Shown in pieces: positions 13,557-27,498 of a DNA stretch of 59,552 nt (the stretch's first letter is position 1; each line of letters begins with the position of its first letter). Under the pieces are notes generated by a model, which worked only from the letters and a program-made list of their open reading frames with translations, was not told the origin of the DNA and made no database searches. The stretch is from positions 1 through 59,552 of the forward strand of contig ADNK01002329.1 of assembly GCA_000320545.1 (NCBI GenBank), read 5' to 3'. A program made the translations under genes and the position numbers. This DNA comes from Bigelowiella natans CCMP2755 (lineage: Eukaryota; Protista; Cercozoa).

Positions 13557-16120
13557 ATGGAGTCCTCTGCCGTCACACCACAGGCTGTCGCTAATATGCA
13601 GAAGGGCAGAATGTTACTGTCAAGTATGGGTTACGAAGATGAACTCCTTGAAGCCTACTTCTCTGCCTATCCGTCTTCGTTCAATGACAACAGACCTATT
13701 GACATACAACTGTCTTTGGCTGTAAACTGGCTTGTGTGCGAAAAAAATAGTAGGGCTGGGAGTAAAGCTCCAACTCCCGAAGCGCCTGCAACTCCCATTC
13801 AAGTTGTAAACAAGAAGTTCCAAACGCCATCCCCTCTACCCTCTTCCACGCCATCTTCATTATCATCATCATCCCTCGAAAACCCTCATCGGACGCTTTC
13901 GCCCCGGTCCTCTCATTGGCAATCCCCATACTCACCTTCTCCCTCCTCACACAGTATGACGATCGGAGATTTAGATGAGCGTCCATTCGAGTTACGGTTG
14001 AGGTCGTTGGTTAGCATGGGCTTCTCGGAAACTAAGTCCAGAGAAGCGCTCACCCGGAACAATGGGGATGTGAATTGCTGTATCACCGAGTTGACGGTGA
14101 GCAATACCAAAAACAACGAATCCTCCGCTCCCATGGACAATACTAGTAGTAGCCGCATGCAGAAGCCTCCTTGTGGTCTCGTGACAATTTGCTCTCCTCA
14201 AGATTCATCGAAAATGCCCAACCGAAGCACGTCACCATCACCAAAGAGCAAAGCTCCCCCACTGAGAAACGTTAAGGGCCAAAACGTGGGGGGGAAGAAA
14301 AAAAACCCGATCGTTGTGTCACTGCTTTCTAGCGATGACGACGATGACAATAGTGATGAGGAGGATAATAGAATACTAGGGGAGATACTAAAAGGGACGC
14401 AGACCTCCTCCTCATCATCATCCTCTTCTTCGACAGCTCCCTTACGTTCTTCTTCCTCCTCCACCTCCACTGTCACTTTCACCAAGAAGGCAGGAAGACG
14501 CTCTCAATTTCCTACTTCTTCGCAGCCAGCAATGGCTGTTACGAGTACCAGTCTCCGACGAAGTTTATCCGCCCCTGTGCCAGCAGACTCCAAGGTTCTT
14601 CCGCCAAACATGCACGTAACATATGTAATTCAACATGAACAGAATGCATCAATCCCGAATAATCTAAAAAAGGATCATGTATATCCATGTCTAAATCCAC
14701 CTTTTCTCCATCCTCCCTCCCCATATCAATGCAGGAGTTTGACTTCGATTTTACCAAAGACACGTTTATATTACCAATACATCCTCCGAATAAGGCAAAA
14801 GCGAAGAAGAAAACCACAACATTGAACTCAAAGGCAGTACAGCAGGCAGTTGTGCCCGACCCTTCCCCTCCAGCCTCAACCGGTATTATCATCGGAAAGA
14901 AAGGATCGATTGCGCAGGAGAAAGAGAGGGCCAAGTTAGCGAAAAGGAATGAGCGCGAGCGAGTCAAGAGGGCTCGCGAAAAGAAGAAGCAGGAAGACTC
15001 CAAGCTACGCAAAAAGCAACGAACGAGGGATAAAGCTGAGACTGCTTACCGAAGTGGACGGTTGTGGAACAAAGAAGTCAGAGTTCTTATTGATGATAGG
15101 CTGCCAACTGCCTTCCATGCAGCGATTAGCGCTCGCATGGAGGAAGAACAGATCGAGCTTCAAACTAGACGCCTTCCTGCCGCCGGGTGTGTTCATTTTG
15201 AGGTGATTCGACAGCCAGACACCGCAATCGATGCTCCAGATAAAGTTGAAGACCGAATCATCAAGAGACAAAAACAACGTGATCGCAATGATGAAGGAGA
15301 CTCTGAGAAGGGCTGCTGTTCTTCTTCTTCTTCTTCTTGTGATGATGAATGGGTCCTGCACCATGACCAAGGGCTTCTCGTCCAAGAAGCTGCCCAGTTT
15401 CTACGTCTCCACCACCACGGTATTCTCACCAAGAGGATGGATTTATGCTCACCAGGATGGAGATCTAATCGTCATGACCTCCATCATCACCAGCAGCAAG
15501 GAGGGGAAGGAAGAAGATATGGGCGTGTGAACGTAATCGTGGTAGGGCTGCTAGCTGAGCTGAGAAAAAGAAGACCACAGCACCAGTTTGCTGCTGCAGC
15601 TGCTGCTTCTGCGAATAGTAGTAATGGTATGACGATGATCAAGTCGTATCAGGACGCACAGGCGTTCAAAGCAGAACTAAACATACTTTCACACGGCCAG
15701 AGGCGCATGTGGATGCTAGCCTCCGCTGATGTGCTCGCCGACTATATACACAGATGCGTGAAGGCGGTCGCGTCCTTGAATCATCCCCAGAGGACTGACG
15801 CCATTGCGCTTGCGCGATGCAAAATTGTGCGAGGGGAGCGCAGAACGCTAAAGAACTCGTGGGTCAACTTCCTGACCTGCATCAATAAACTTGGCACCCC
15901 GAGAGCAGAGGTCATTGCGCGAGAATATCCAACGCTCCGCGCGCTCTCTGATGCCTACATGTCCTGCGGGGATGACACCCGTAAAGCTGAAGGCCTTCTA
16001 GCTGACTTGAGGAAGCTGGACTATCAGGGCAAGGAAGATGGTAGGAGGATTGGACCTGCAATATCTAGATGGGTGTACAAATGCCTCACCTCCACAGATC
16101 CGAATGAGGTGGTTTCTTGA
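13557..16120 (+). CDS. EME1: Crossover junction endonuclease regulatory subunit EME1/MMS4-like, with two N-terminal UBA-like domains
   Basis: One phase-0 intron at 14616-14734. UBA-like LSSMGYE..LAVNWL and LVSMGFSETKSREALTRNNGDVNCCITEL. Degenerate ERCC4 region (EVRVLID...; LADYIHRCVKAVA). HhH region WVNFLTCINKLGTPRAEVIAREYPTLRALSDAY and the EME1-type C-terminus RRIGPAISRWVYKCLTSTDPN. Confidence 0.85.
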
Positions 16121-16239
16121 TGATGATGATGATGATGTGTGCATCGACAGCAATTGAGCGACATCTGTTAAATGGTGATGAGGATGATGATGAAAATGAG
16201 GATGATTACTATGACGTGGTAGCTTAAGAATGGCCCAGC

Positions 16240-17010
16240 TATATGTGACATATTTGCATGGAAGTTGCATAGTTCGTTCACAAGGATGTTATTACTAATC
16301 ATTAATGTTTATAGTTTAATTACATACGCTTTCAAGTCATCCGACTGTAGATATGATTGTGAGCGTCATTGTTGTGCATACATTTTAATACATGGCCATC
16401 ATTTGTTATTCATGATGATGGTAAAAGTACGTACCTTTTAGTACTCTAACCCTCTAGCAACAGCTATATCGTGCTGTGGCTAAATAGCGTCTGTGTTTGA
16501 CTGCAAAGCATTTAGCGCCTGCCCGCTATATTTATTAAGACTATATACAGATAAAATGAGACCACCTAGGCCTCTATCATTGTCATATTGGTAGGATAAG
16601 ATGATAGCAGTGTAGCAACGCGCAAAATCTAGAAATACATACGAATTATTTGCCGTGCAGCCTGCGCATGATGTCGGCAGCTGTGCAGGCACGCAAAGAC
16701 AGAATAATCTGCTGCGCTCCCACGTGTATAGTTGCGTAGTAAATGTAATATAGTCGCATCTCATTTGCACATTCTAGCCACGCAATTCATGCCCACACAC
16801 AGCTAATGCATGTGCATATGATAGAATATATTATATTGCTGTGTCTATTATGCATATGATGCTATGTAGCTAGCAGGCAACCAGTATAATCTAGATGTGG
16901 CTAGGCTGTGCTGTGTTGTCACCGAACGACGCAAGCATGGAATAAACATCTTAAGCTATAGCTGTGTTTTGTTGATATTTGAGTGTGCTACGCTGTACGC
17001 CCCAAGTATA
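16240..17010. other. Convergent-junction alternating purine-pyrimidine palindrome tract
   Basis: Lies between the EME1 (+) and CFAP157 (-) 3' ends. Contains GTACGTAC, TGCGCA, CACGTG, ATGCAT, TAGCTAG, TCTAGA and AGCTATAGCT. Confidence 0.65.
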
Positions 17011-17295
17011 TACACACAATCAACTAGAGAGAGGGGGGGGGGGGGGGGGGAGAGAAAGTGACCACTTACATGCACGCACACAAAAGCACAGGTTTTGTTG
17101 ACTGATACCATTGTCAATAACCTTAGGCATCATTGAAAGATTTGTTTCATCAGTGTATTTATTATTACAAGGTATGTTTTTAAAGAGAGTATGCAGTATC
17201 GCAATGTAACATCACGACGCACACATTACTGGCAACCCTTCGCTTACAAGTGTCTGGAAAGAACGGGAGAAGTAGATTCTCATTCGTTGCCTCTG

Positions 17296-18581
17296 CTAGG
17301 TCATTGAATTTGGGTCACGTCGTTTCTGATAGTGTGTGTGTGGGTGGAATGTTAAGTGTCATTTTGAATATTTCTTCCCCAAAAGGATTTGACATCTTAA
17401 TGTAGGTTTTCACACAATGAAGAAAATTTTTCCATACCCCCCCCCCCCCCCCCCCCTCTCGCATATTTTTAATGTTAGTAATAAGTGGCTCTTTCACCTG
17501 CGCAATTGGCGGAAAGCTTACATTGGCTTGTCCTGAAGAAGCAAACATGAAGGTCAAGATAATTCAAGGAGCGGTAAGTTTTAGAACTTCTAACCTTTGC
17601 CAGGGCTAAGAGCTGTTTTTTTGTTGAGCTTCTGTAATTATAGTAACACAAATGATGATGATGCTGATGCTGATGCTAGTGCTGATGCTGATGCTGATGC
17701 CGTTGCCAAAACACTCGTGAAAGAAGATGTACAGCATTGTGACAGCATGCACACCTGCAGCAACATTTCCAGAACGGCCTCGCGGTCGTCAGAGGTCATT
17801 CCATCCGAATATTTCTTCTGCTGAAAAATGCATCATATATTCATGAAACAAGTGAGCGTGTGCATGTGCATGCATGTGTGTGTGATTTGAACCAATTTTC
17901 TTTCTTCTTTCATTCTCGCTATCCCTCTTTCAACCCCCCCCAGCCAATAAGTAGCAGTATCTACCTGGACTTGTTGCTTTGCATCTTGCATGCATGCTAG
18001 GAGGAATGTCACAGCCTCGTCTTGCATGCCTGTCAGTAGTAATGTGCCCCACAGCACACGCACACACAGAGGTGAGACTCAAGGTTAGAACAAAGTGAGC
18101 AACTAAGAGGATGGTATCATCTATATGGGAATACTCTCTCCACCCACCCAGCACAGATTCACTCGTCTTCCTATTTGCTTCAATTTCCTGTGGCAGTAAA
18201 TTGAGAGAAGAGTCAGCAGCATCTCAAAAACACTGGTAAATTCGGAATAACACCACGATGTAATACATCAAAAGTCGTCTGTGCTTTATGGTAACACCGG
18301 GAAGGATAAGGTAGCAGAGAGAAAAGGCTATTTTACCGCGTAAGCTATATTTAAATCCCTCTTCATCGAATTGTATGCATTTGTTAGCTGAGAAAGTGGA
18401 AGTAGAAGGAATGCATTAGAGCTCCATAAACGAGAATCGCTCTCACTCTTTCTCTATAACATGGCGAGAATTACCTTGCTCATGTGCTCTCGCATCAGCT
18501 CGACCTCGCTCTCCATTTGTCGCCTATATGCCATCTCGCTTTCCTCGTGGCTGCATATGTTATGGAGAGAGAGAAAGAGAC

Positions 18582-18626
<45 letters not shown>

Positions 18627-18921
18627 GTTTACTTTCAACAACACACCACAATATACTACACTTTTACATATAATTGAGTCATCATTAATGACTGTTTTCC
18701 TGATTATCAACCACGTCGGAACGCCTGAACAGATCTCCTTTCCCCCCCTCCTCCCTCAATCTTCTAGTCTCACCTTTTGCGTCCGGCAATAGCTTTGTGT
18801 TGCAAGGTCTTGATCTTATCACTTAACCTCTTGTTCATTTTTTGGTAAAAGTTCGATCTTTTTACCTAAGAAATACAACAATTTTTGCTTCTTCTCATCT
18901 TCGTTTCTTTCCCTTTTCCCT

Positions 18922-18990
<69 letters not shown>

Positions 18991-19527
18991 GTCTACCAGC
19001 ATTTTCTGCTCATCGTCCAGCAACTGTTTTGGAGGAGAAAGAACAAGGCTTCATTTTGTATTTTTTCCGTAGGAAGATAATGTTTCAAGCAAACAAATAC
19101 GATCACACACACAGCAACGTGTGCATTACCTCAATCTTTTGCTTGAGCTTCTTGTTGTCTTTCTGGAGCTGCCAATTACCTTGAAGAGGAAAAAAACGAG
19201 TGCCAAACATGCATATCGTGTCAATCAAGGTATTGTACACCCGATATAACGTTGATGCGCTCCTCACGTTTCATAATTCGTTCAGTTTCTTTCGTCTGAA
19301 ATGCGATCTCGTTTTCCATATTCTCATTTTCCATGATAGTTCTTTTTGTCGTTTTGTGGAGCTGAAGTGGGGAAACGAAGAGTGAAGGTGAAACACACAC
19401 ACGCGCGCGTTATACTCTTAGAAGAAGTACATTTAGAATACGACGATAAAAACAAAGAAGTGGCTGCATGATCCCGTTTGTGCAATCTTTGCAATATTAA
19501 GTATAATTTATATGCAAAACGCGCGCG

Positions 19528-19571
<44 letters not shown>

Positions 19572-19607
19572 AAACTCTATCCTTCTCTTTGTTTCTCTCA
19601 TATAAAC

Positions 19608-19657
<50 letters not shown>

Positions 19658-20389
19658 ATCTATTGTTGAAGTTTTTGCCTGATTTTCTGTCATTGCCAAA
19701 AGCCCTTCCTTCGTATCTTCGAATCTACATGTGTGTGTGTGTTTTCGGTGGAAATCAGTATGATCTCTTTATGTCGGCAACTTTCAACTTTTAGCCACTC
19801 AAAATTTGTGTTTTCATAAGTGCGAGAGATGCGGACGCGCTGATACCCAGAATTCATATCCCTTTTCAGATGATCCGTCGACTCGAGATGTCTAATGATG
19901 ATGAGTTTATTGATGGTAACAAAAATGTCAGCACTATTATCATGAAACTCCATCCCTGCATGCCCATAAACGCCTTGAAACCATAAAGAGAGTGAAACAG
20001 GAAGAACACGTAGTACCTTGTTTCCAACTCTAGAGTAATCATGTTTTGGGCGCGTTTGAGCTGCTTGATCTCCCTGTCTTTATCCTTCATCTCATTCTCG
20101 ATCTTCATCATATTGTCCTGAAAGTGGGATATCTGCAAAAGTGTACAACAAGGGAGAGAATTGGGGGGTGGGAGCGGCAGTTAGTTTTGAACAAACGAAT
20201 GACCTAAACATAAGCTTTATCTTTCCCTTTCTCGTTCCCTTCTTCTATCTCTCCTACCCACCTTTTGGTACATTTGATTAAGACCATCAAATTTTTCTTC
20301 GGCCTTCTTCTGGGCCAAGTTGTGTCTGAATGAATTGCAAAGAGAGAGAGGGGGGGGGATGGGGCGGTGAGCGAGAGAGAGAGATAGAT

Positions 20390-20436
<47 letters not shown>

Positions 20437-21381
20437 AGAAGAGGGAGAGAAGCGAAAGAATTTTTCCTAACAGCAGAAAATCACGTATGGATCAGATATG
20501 CTCAAAGTGTACCCATCCTGAATGTCTTTGATTTTCTTCTCATACTCTGCAACTAACAATTTCTGCTTCTCGCTCAAATCCTGAGAAATGACAACGACAA
20601 CGAGTGTAGGATTAGCAAAAGAAGATGAAGGCGAAGACACAGTATAAGTATGCTTTCCCCCACAATGATTCGTGACCATCACCACATCATAGGTAGCTCT
20701 TTCTTTCTCTCGCTTCTCTCTTTTCATAACATAATTGCTATTTTACATACAGTGGCTTGCGTGTTTGTGTGTTCTTGCTGGTGCGCGTAATTCGACTTAA
20801 GTGGTTCTCATTTTTGCTACCTTGTTCGTCTTCTTTAATGACAAGCATTGCTCTTTTTCTTGATTTATCTCCCTTCGAAGGCTAGTTGCTACATGGTCAA
20901 AGAAATATTATTAAATTTTCTCCATGGATTATTCATATTTCGATTTTTCTTCACTATGTCCTACCCATTTCATTTGTTTTTTCTTCCTGGTTCTCTAGCT
21001 TCTTCTCCAATTCCACCTTTTGAATCTTCACGTTCGAAAAGTTTGCGAGAATACTGGGATAGCGAGTAGGAGAGGTTTATCATATGCGTGTACGTTTGCT
21101 GCATGTTTAATGTCATTTGCATATACTTATGCGCGCATGCACGGGCACACATTATATGCTAAACCCACGGATCTCAGACGATCCCGTCGGAAATGGGAAA
21201 GCGCAAGAAGCAGGAGAATCTAGAAGAAAGGAGAATCATGAATGGGATGATTAAATACTTACATTTTGATTCGCTCCTCATCTTTTTGCTTCGATAATTG
21301 CAACACCTCTATCTCTCTCCGTTGTTTTTCAGCCTCACTATCCTCCTCAGGTGAGGCCGAAGCCTTTTTTTTCTTCGCCAT
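17296..21381 (-). CDS. CFAP157: Cilia- and flagella-associated coiled-coil protein, CFAP157-like (about 20 short exons)
   Basis: Spliced: MAKKKKAS...; HLESTDHLKRDMNSGFEDTKEGLLAMTENQ|LHKTTKRTIMENENMENEIAFQTKETERIMKRNWQLQKDNKKLKQKIE|LLDDEQKML|VKRSNFYQKM, matching the CFAP157 'TTKR.I.EN' region as I recall it. Later DEAVTFLLACMQDAKQQ and DDREAVLEMLL. The final exon KRRDPNSMT* is tentative. Confidence 0.75.
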
Positions 21382-22504
21382 CACTCGTTACTGTAGAATG
21401 AAAGGCATGAGCAGGTGCACAGTCGCATGTAGGTGAGCTCTTCTAACAACATGCCAGGATCTATTCGAATCAGTCATTCTTCTTGCACGTAAAGACATAT
21501 GTCGTGCATGTTCCCTGAAAAACTGTAAACCTCTTATGACCTCCCAACCAAGAGTACACGAGGACCTTGTGGAGCCCCCTCCCTGAACGTCAGAAAACGA
21601 CGATGATGTCGAGAGTCAGGTTACAGCTGATATAGAATATACATATTTATTCAGGTATTTAGCGCATAAAAACTCATAATTGATTTGACGAGAGCTCACA
21701 GAAAATCGAACTCTGGAACTTGTTCATGCTTTGAACACACAATATATTATTAGATATTTCTTGCATGAAAATATTTCTACTGGAGTAAACGTTACTTCGG
21801 TTACACGGATGTTTGAAATACCAGCGTTGGGAATCTGCGACATACATTTTAGAACAGAAACGAGCTTTGTAGGATTCTATCGCTACCGGTATTTTCTTCA
21901 TAAACTATGGATTCATTAAAGTCGCTTATCTATAAATTCTGGTTATTTGGAGACGACACCGGAAAAATGCTGCCTCCGTCAGGAGCAGCAGTTACTTTTT
22001 TCCCACCCAGCTCTCAAGAAGAATAATCCCGGTGTTATTCAAAAGAATCATGAAATGTAGTCCTATTCAACAATAAAACCATCGACTGTGACACATGCCA
22101 TAAAAATTCGGCTGACAATCCAATTGAATAAATTTGAATAAATCCAGACGCAAACAGCGCGACACAGGCTATATTTGGTTAAAATGGCCTGTATTTTAGA
22201 AGAATTGAAGCTTATCTCAGCGAGCAGAGAGGCGACGAAAGCAAAGCCAGGCTCTCCAGTTGCTCCGTAGGTCGGCCATGTTGTCCATTTATCAGAGCTT
22301 CACCACAATCGCTTAGGAAAGTACTGGAGCTAGATTTGGGCTAAGATCCAAGGTATTTTGTCCCTCCTTGCACTTGACACAGTAACTAGAGAAATTCGGC
22401 ATGTTGAGAACCATTTTCGTTTTCGTTTCCCCGCTCTCTTGTACTGTACTCTTTCTTACAACCGAAGATGATGTTAATTTCACGTTGTGTGAACTCAACA
22501 TAGG

Positions 22505-23452
22505 ATGCGGAGCTGGTGCTGGAGGAGCTTTGTTGTTTTCCTCCTACATTTGCAAATCCGGGGGGACTACTCCTCGGCCGCCACTCCAGAATTATCACAT
22601 GCGACGACGGGTTGTGACCTTTTCGTTGGCAGAAGCGTGGCAGCAACAAGCTTTGATGTTGCTTCTGCATGCCCACTCGAGATCGATGCAGTTGTGCGTC
22701 CTTCAAGTCATAAAGGAAAACAAACTTTAACTAGCAAAACTATTAAGCATGGAGGACCCAACACAGAGGATTCTTCATCATCACGCGGAAGAGACAGTGG
22801 CAGCAGTAAATTAGCTATCGTTCCACGTTCATCCTCAATGGCTATCGTCCTCCATGGAAACGTTGCTGAGATTGATCCGATGATCTGCAGCGCGCAAAAT
22901 GGCAACAGCAACAACTTTATTCCAAAGCAGCTGCCAACGGGCCATGATCAGGGGTCTTCTTCGTCTACACCGGTTGCATCGTCATCTTCACCACCGCCTC
23001 CTTTCCCAACCCGCCCACCCTCTTTCCATTGTTTTCGTTATATTTATAATGGAAAATCCGCTTTGGTCAGAACTATTTTCCCTATAATACCAAAAATTAC
23101 CCCACCATCATTGCCATCATCATCATCATCATCATCTTCATCTTCATCATCATCACCAAGTGCGACCCCGTCAGCTCCTCCCTCTCTCTCTTCGTTGATA
23201 CAATCTCTTTCCTTCAACTCGCTGTCGGGATCAGGAGATGAGACGGTTCCAGATCGCCGCCCCCTTGAAGTGGCAGCTCCTGAGCCATACCTTAATGAAA
23301 CATACTATTTCGAAATCACAGTGGGAGACAAGAAAATGCCTCTCGACGCCGTTTTCGCCATTGGCCTGGTACCAACAGGGCACAATCCGACCAAGCTCCC
23401 GGGACTGGATCAAGATTCTTTTGCTGTCCATGGAGATGACGGTAGGTTCTGA

Positions 23453-23493
<41 letters not shown>

Positions 23494-23497
23494 GCAC

Positions 23498-23550
<53 letters not shown>

Positions 23551-24719
23551 GAGAGAGAGGGAGAGAGAGAGAAAGAGAAAAATATGCCTGGAAAAGCCTG
23601 ATATCTCCCTCCCTCTCTTGCGCAGGAAGATGCTACGCTCACAATCGCTATAAGTACTGCACTCAAAAATGGAGTGGCGGCGATGTGGTTGGAGTCGGAA
23701 TCGATAGATTAAATCGAAAAATATTTCTCACGAGGAATGGAGTCCATCAGGGCGTTGTCTTTGACGGAACCCTTCTATCCGAGGCTGCAGCTCAAGACTT
23801 GCACCTCGCGCTCGGTGTTACAGCGTCATCAGCAATATTCACGATTAATGAGGGCCCAGGTGGCTTCATGTTTGACCCGAAAAGAGAGCTCAACACGTAT
23901 AGCAAAGTGAACCAGCTATTTACACGCTTCGACATCAATGGCGATGACTTTCTTGATTTTCCTGAGCTGAAAAAGGTAATTCGGTCCACGTCCTACAACC
24001 CAAACGAACCCTTTAACAACGCAGACTATGTCCGCTTCTGTCGTCTCACGGATGCGAGCGTCACCAATGGGATGGACGCCGGGGCCTTCTACCGACTTTA
24101 CGAGATGAATTTCGGGGACATCGACGAGGACTATTCATTCGTCACAACCAACAGCACACGGTACCCCCTTCGGAGCGTCTCGTCGAAAGACATTGCTGTC
24201 AGTAAGAGTGGACCGCTTGGGATAATGATGACGGCGACAGATGTCGCAACATCATCGACTGTTGCAGCAGCTGCGGCTAATACAATACCGAAGATAGACG
24301 GGGGGTGGTCGGATTGGGGGGAGTGCTCGCACGTTTGCGGGTATGTGGGAGTCAGGAAGCGTACTTGCACCGAACCCAAGCCGCAGGGAATGGGCGCCGA
24401 CTGTGAAGGAAAATCCGTGGAGCCTTGCAATAGACACCGATGCTATGATGGGGCAGAATGGACAGACTGGACGCCGTGCAGCACTACATGTGGCCCCGGA
24501 GTGCAGTACCGATCTTGTCTCACTGATACCCTCGCCATGTGCGATGGACCGGCTGTACGCGTGTGCAAAAATCATAACCCGTGCGACGAAGACGACTACG
24601 TGCATGTAGATGAGATGACAGATGGTAGCAGTAGTTGGGGCGGGGGGCGGGGGGATGGAGAAATCACTGTTGAAAAGGGGAGAGTAATCAAGGTTAAGTC
24701 TCGGATATCGATAAATTGA
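22505..24719 (+). CDS. Putative secreted protein with SPRY domain, EF-hand pair and two thrombospondin type-1 repeats
   Basis: Signal-like N-terminus MRSWCWRSFVVFLLHLQIRG. RanBP9-type SPRY: YYFEITV...AIGLV...LPGLDQDSFAVHGDDG|RCY...WSGGDVVGVGID...IFLTRNG. EF-hand FDINGDDFLDFPEL. TSP1 repeats DGGWSDWGECSHVCGYVGVRKRTC and WTDWTPCSTTCGPGVQYRSC. One microsatellite-filled intron at about 23443-23625. Confidence 0.85.
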
Positions 24720-24889
24720 CTGTGAGTGATGTTCCAATAATTAGTTGTCGCCGCATACTCTCGAAAATTTTATTAGATGGAATCAGGTTGCTGCGACCTT
24801 TAGCCGGTAGCCTCATTGACTTAAAAGGGATGAGGCTAAAATTTAAACATATAGTAAATGAAAACAATGTACAGCTGCTTTTATATCAT

Positions 24890-25530
24890 CAGAAATACTT
24901 TCAAGCAATGATGAATTGCACATGCTTTATATGATTGTCGTATGCAGCCGTAATACATGCGCATGTGCAGTGCGTGCACAGCATCGCAGTCATAGCGTGC
25001 GTATATGTGCAAATGCACTGTCGTCTAGATGAAAGCAACATACACAGGCATAGTAGGCATTCGATCGCCGCGTTAAATGGCATAGCAGCATCAATAACGT
25101 GCATGAAGAGCTCTCTAGAGTTGCACGTTTGTGACGCATGCGATGCCTAGCTACATGCATTCAAGCCCATTTATTGCTGTTGCAGTCGATCGTAGCGCAT
25201 TATATGGAAAAATGCAAGCAGCGCAATTTATATAATATATCCGTCTCATCCAAGCATGTTGCGTGGATCGACAAAATGGCCACATTACATCTAGTGTTCG
25301 CGATGTAATATTAGACATATGTCCCTGCATACTGCTCTGTGCTGTGACACACCACAAACCATATGAGCTAGCTGCTGCGTAATATAGTAATGACACTAGC
25401 TGCCCTCCTCTAGTCCTGCAGCCTAGCAGCGACAGACTAAGCGATGCAAATTTACGCATAGCTAGATAGAGTTGATTAAAGCTACCACACACGAATAACG
25501 CGATGCGAATAACGAACCCCAAATAATTCC
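24890..25530. other. Convergent-junction alternating purine-pyrimidine palindrome tract
   Basis: Lies between the SPRY-TSP1 (+) and zinc-finger (-) 3' ends. Contains ACATGCGCATGT, GTGCAC, CGATCG, GAGCTC, CTCTAGAG, CGCATGCG, TAGCTA, ACATATGT and AGCTAGCT. Confidence 0.7.
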
Positions 25531-25659
25531 AACATGCTGCAGCCTTTTGTTTCGTTAGGTTTTTTGTGATATATCAGGAACATGCTAAAGGATTTTTATG
25601 AAAGAAGCTTACGCGCAGTTGAGAAACGAATTTCATAATCGCCATTTCCAACAATTCTG

Positions 25660-26583
25660 TTATGATATTACTCCAGTTAGCTTTGCTTTGAAGAGTTCAG
25701 ATGGGTGTGCTTTCTTGAAATGCTTGTTTCGATTCCATTTCCTTGTGAAGTTCTAATAGTAAGATGCAAGGGCAGCATGTGAAAGATGATGGTTGAATTT
25801 GATTGTAGAGATCATGGTTAGGACTTGTAACCTTTCCGCAGACATCACAGCTATATTTAGCAAATCCTGCACTCGATCGTACAGACGCAGTTATCAATAT
25901 TCGGTAATTAAATGGTTTGGATGATGGATATGATGATTTGTGGAAGAAACACATTGTGTTATTTCAGCATTACTACTGCAACTACTACTACTGCTACTAC
26001 TACTACTACTACTACTACTACCATAATGTAATTCGTTAATATGCTGACGAAGATTGTACTCGCACGCAAACACATTTCCACAGATTCTGAACGTGGCATA
26101 AATGAAACACCGCATATAATTATGTTTAATGAGTCAGTGAGCAAGTGTGCCTCCAAGAGGAAAAAGCTCGAAGATATTCCTAGAACATCATCGATGATCG
26201 ATTTGCTGCGAAAGGTTTATGTCAAGAGGAAAAGAAGATAAGTTTTGAACATCACCTGCACTTGGTGCTGTTGTCGTTCTTGTCGTGGAGCTTTGTGTGA
26301 ATCTGTAGTGAAAGGAGTTAAATCCTTGTATAAGATTTCGCACATTTCTCTTTTCCAAGAGCTGCTCTCAGCTATATGTGTCAGTGAGAGGTAATTCTGA
26401 AATTTCTTGTTTCCTAAGGGAAAACGAATGACTTCTTTGGGAGATTCTAGTAACATAACAGACTATCACTCGATTGATGATTTATGCACTCACCGTTAGG
26501 CTCTTTTGGAACTGAAACTTCTTCTCACATTTCGTGCAAGCATATCTTTAAGCGGTAAACGTGAGGGGGGAGAGGGGAAATTT

Positions 26584-26620
<37 letters not shown>

Positions 26621-27026
26621 CTATATTCGCACCGCGTTGAAAACGCATAAGAGGGGGGGGGGACAATATCGAGTGGCGTGATATTTCTTTGAAAATACTA
26701 GGTGGCACTACTTTCCAACACGATGCGTCTCTCTTTCAATCCATCCGCGCAATGGGGGTTTGGGTTGTTTTTGGGTGGGGAATAGAAGTAAAACAAACAC
26801 GGAAGTATTCAGTGTTGATTAGCAAAGCGGAAAGGTGAAGCATGTAAACACACTACTAGGCAATGATGGAGCAGCTAGGTATTTAAAGAATAGAAAGACT
26901 TTCTCATTTTCTTTTGGGATTATCAGTATTGATTCCCCTGATCCACGATATGCTATCTCTCTCTCCCCCGCTCACTCTCTGCTTCTAATGCAGACAACAA
27001 ACATCTAGCAGCTGAAAAGCGCGCGT

Positions 27027-27066
<40 letters not shown>

Positions 27067-27378
27067 GAGAGAGAGAGAGAAAGAGAGAGAAAGAGAGAGA
27101 AAGAGAGAGAAAGAGAGAGAAAGAGAGAGAAATTTAGAAAAATGGAAACGATGGGGGAGGGAGGTGTTGTTAATAATAATTATATTACAAATGCTGAATC
27201 AGATTGCTTCTGTCTCGAAACGTCTTAGAGCAGTATCTGCATGGCTGTGCAGCATTCTGCAAGGAGAGAGGAGAAGGAGGAGGAGGAGAGAAATAAAAGA
27301 AATGTCAATACACACTCATTCATATTATTACTATCTACGATATATGATGGTACGGGGAAAGAGTATGTACGATTATTA

Positions 27379-27413
<35 letters not shown>

Positions 27414-27465
27414 GATACCTCATCATGTCTTTTCATGTGGCGGAGTAGATAGCCTTTGGGATGAC

Positions 27466-27498
<33 letters not shown>

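Noticed and set aside
14616-14825. Frameshift or two separate genes in EME1
   Set aside because: A phase-0 GT-AG intron at 14616-14734 joins the two ORFs.
26130-26270. Degenerate zinc fingers, a 12-nt microexon and an extra GC donor
   Set aside because: A longer exon (IHTKLHDKNDNSTKCR) with canonical sites restores two intact fingers.
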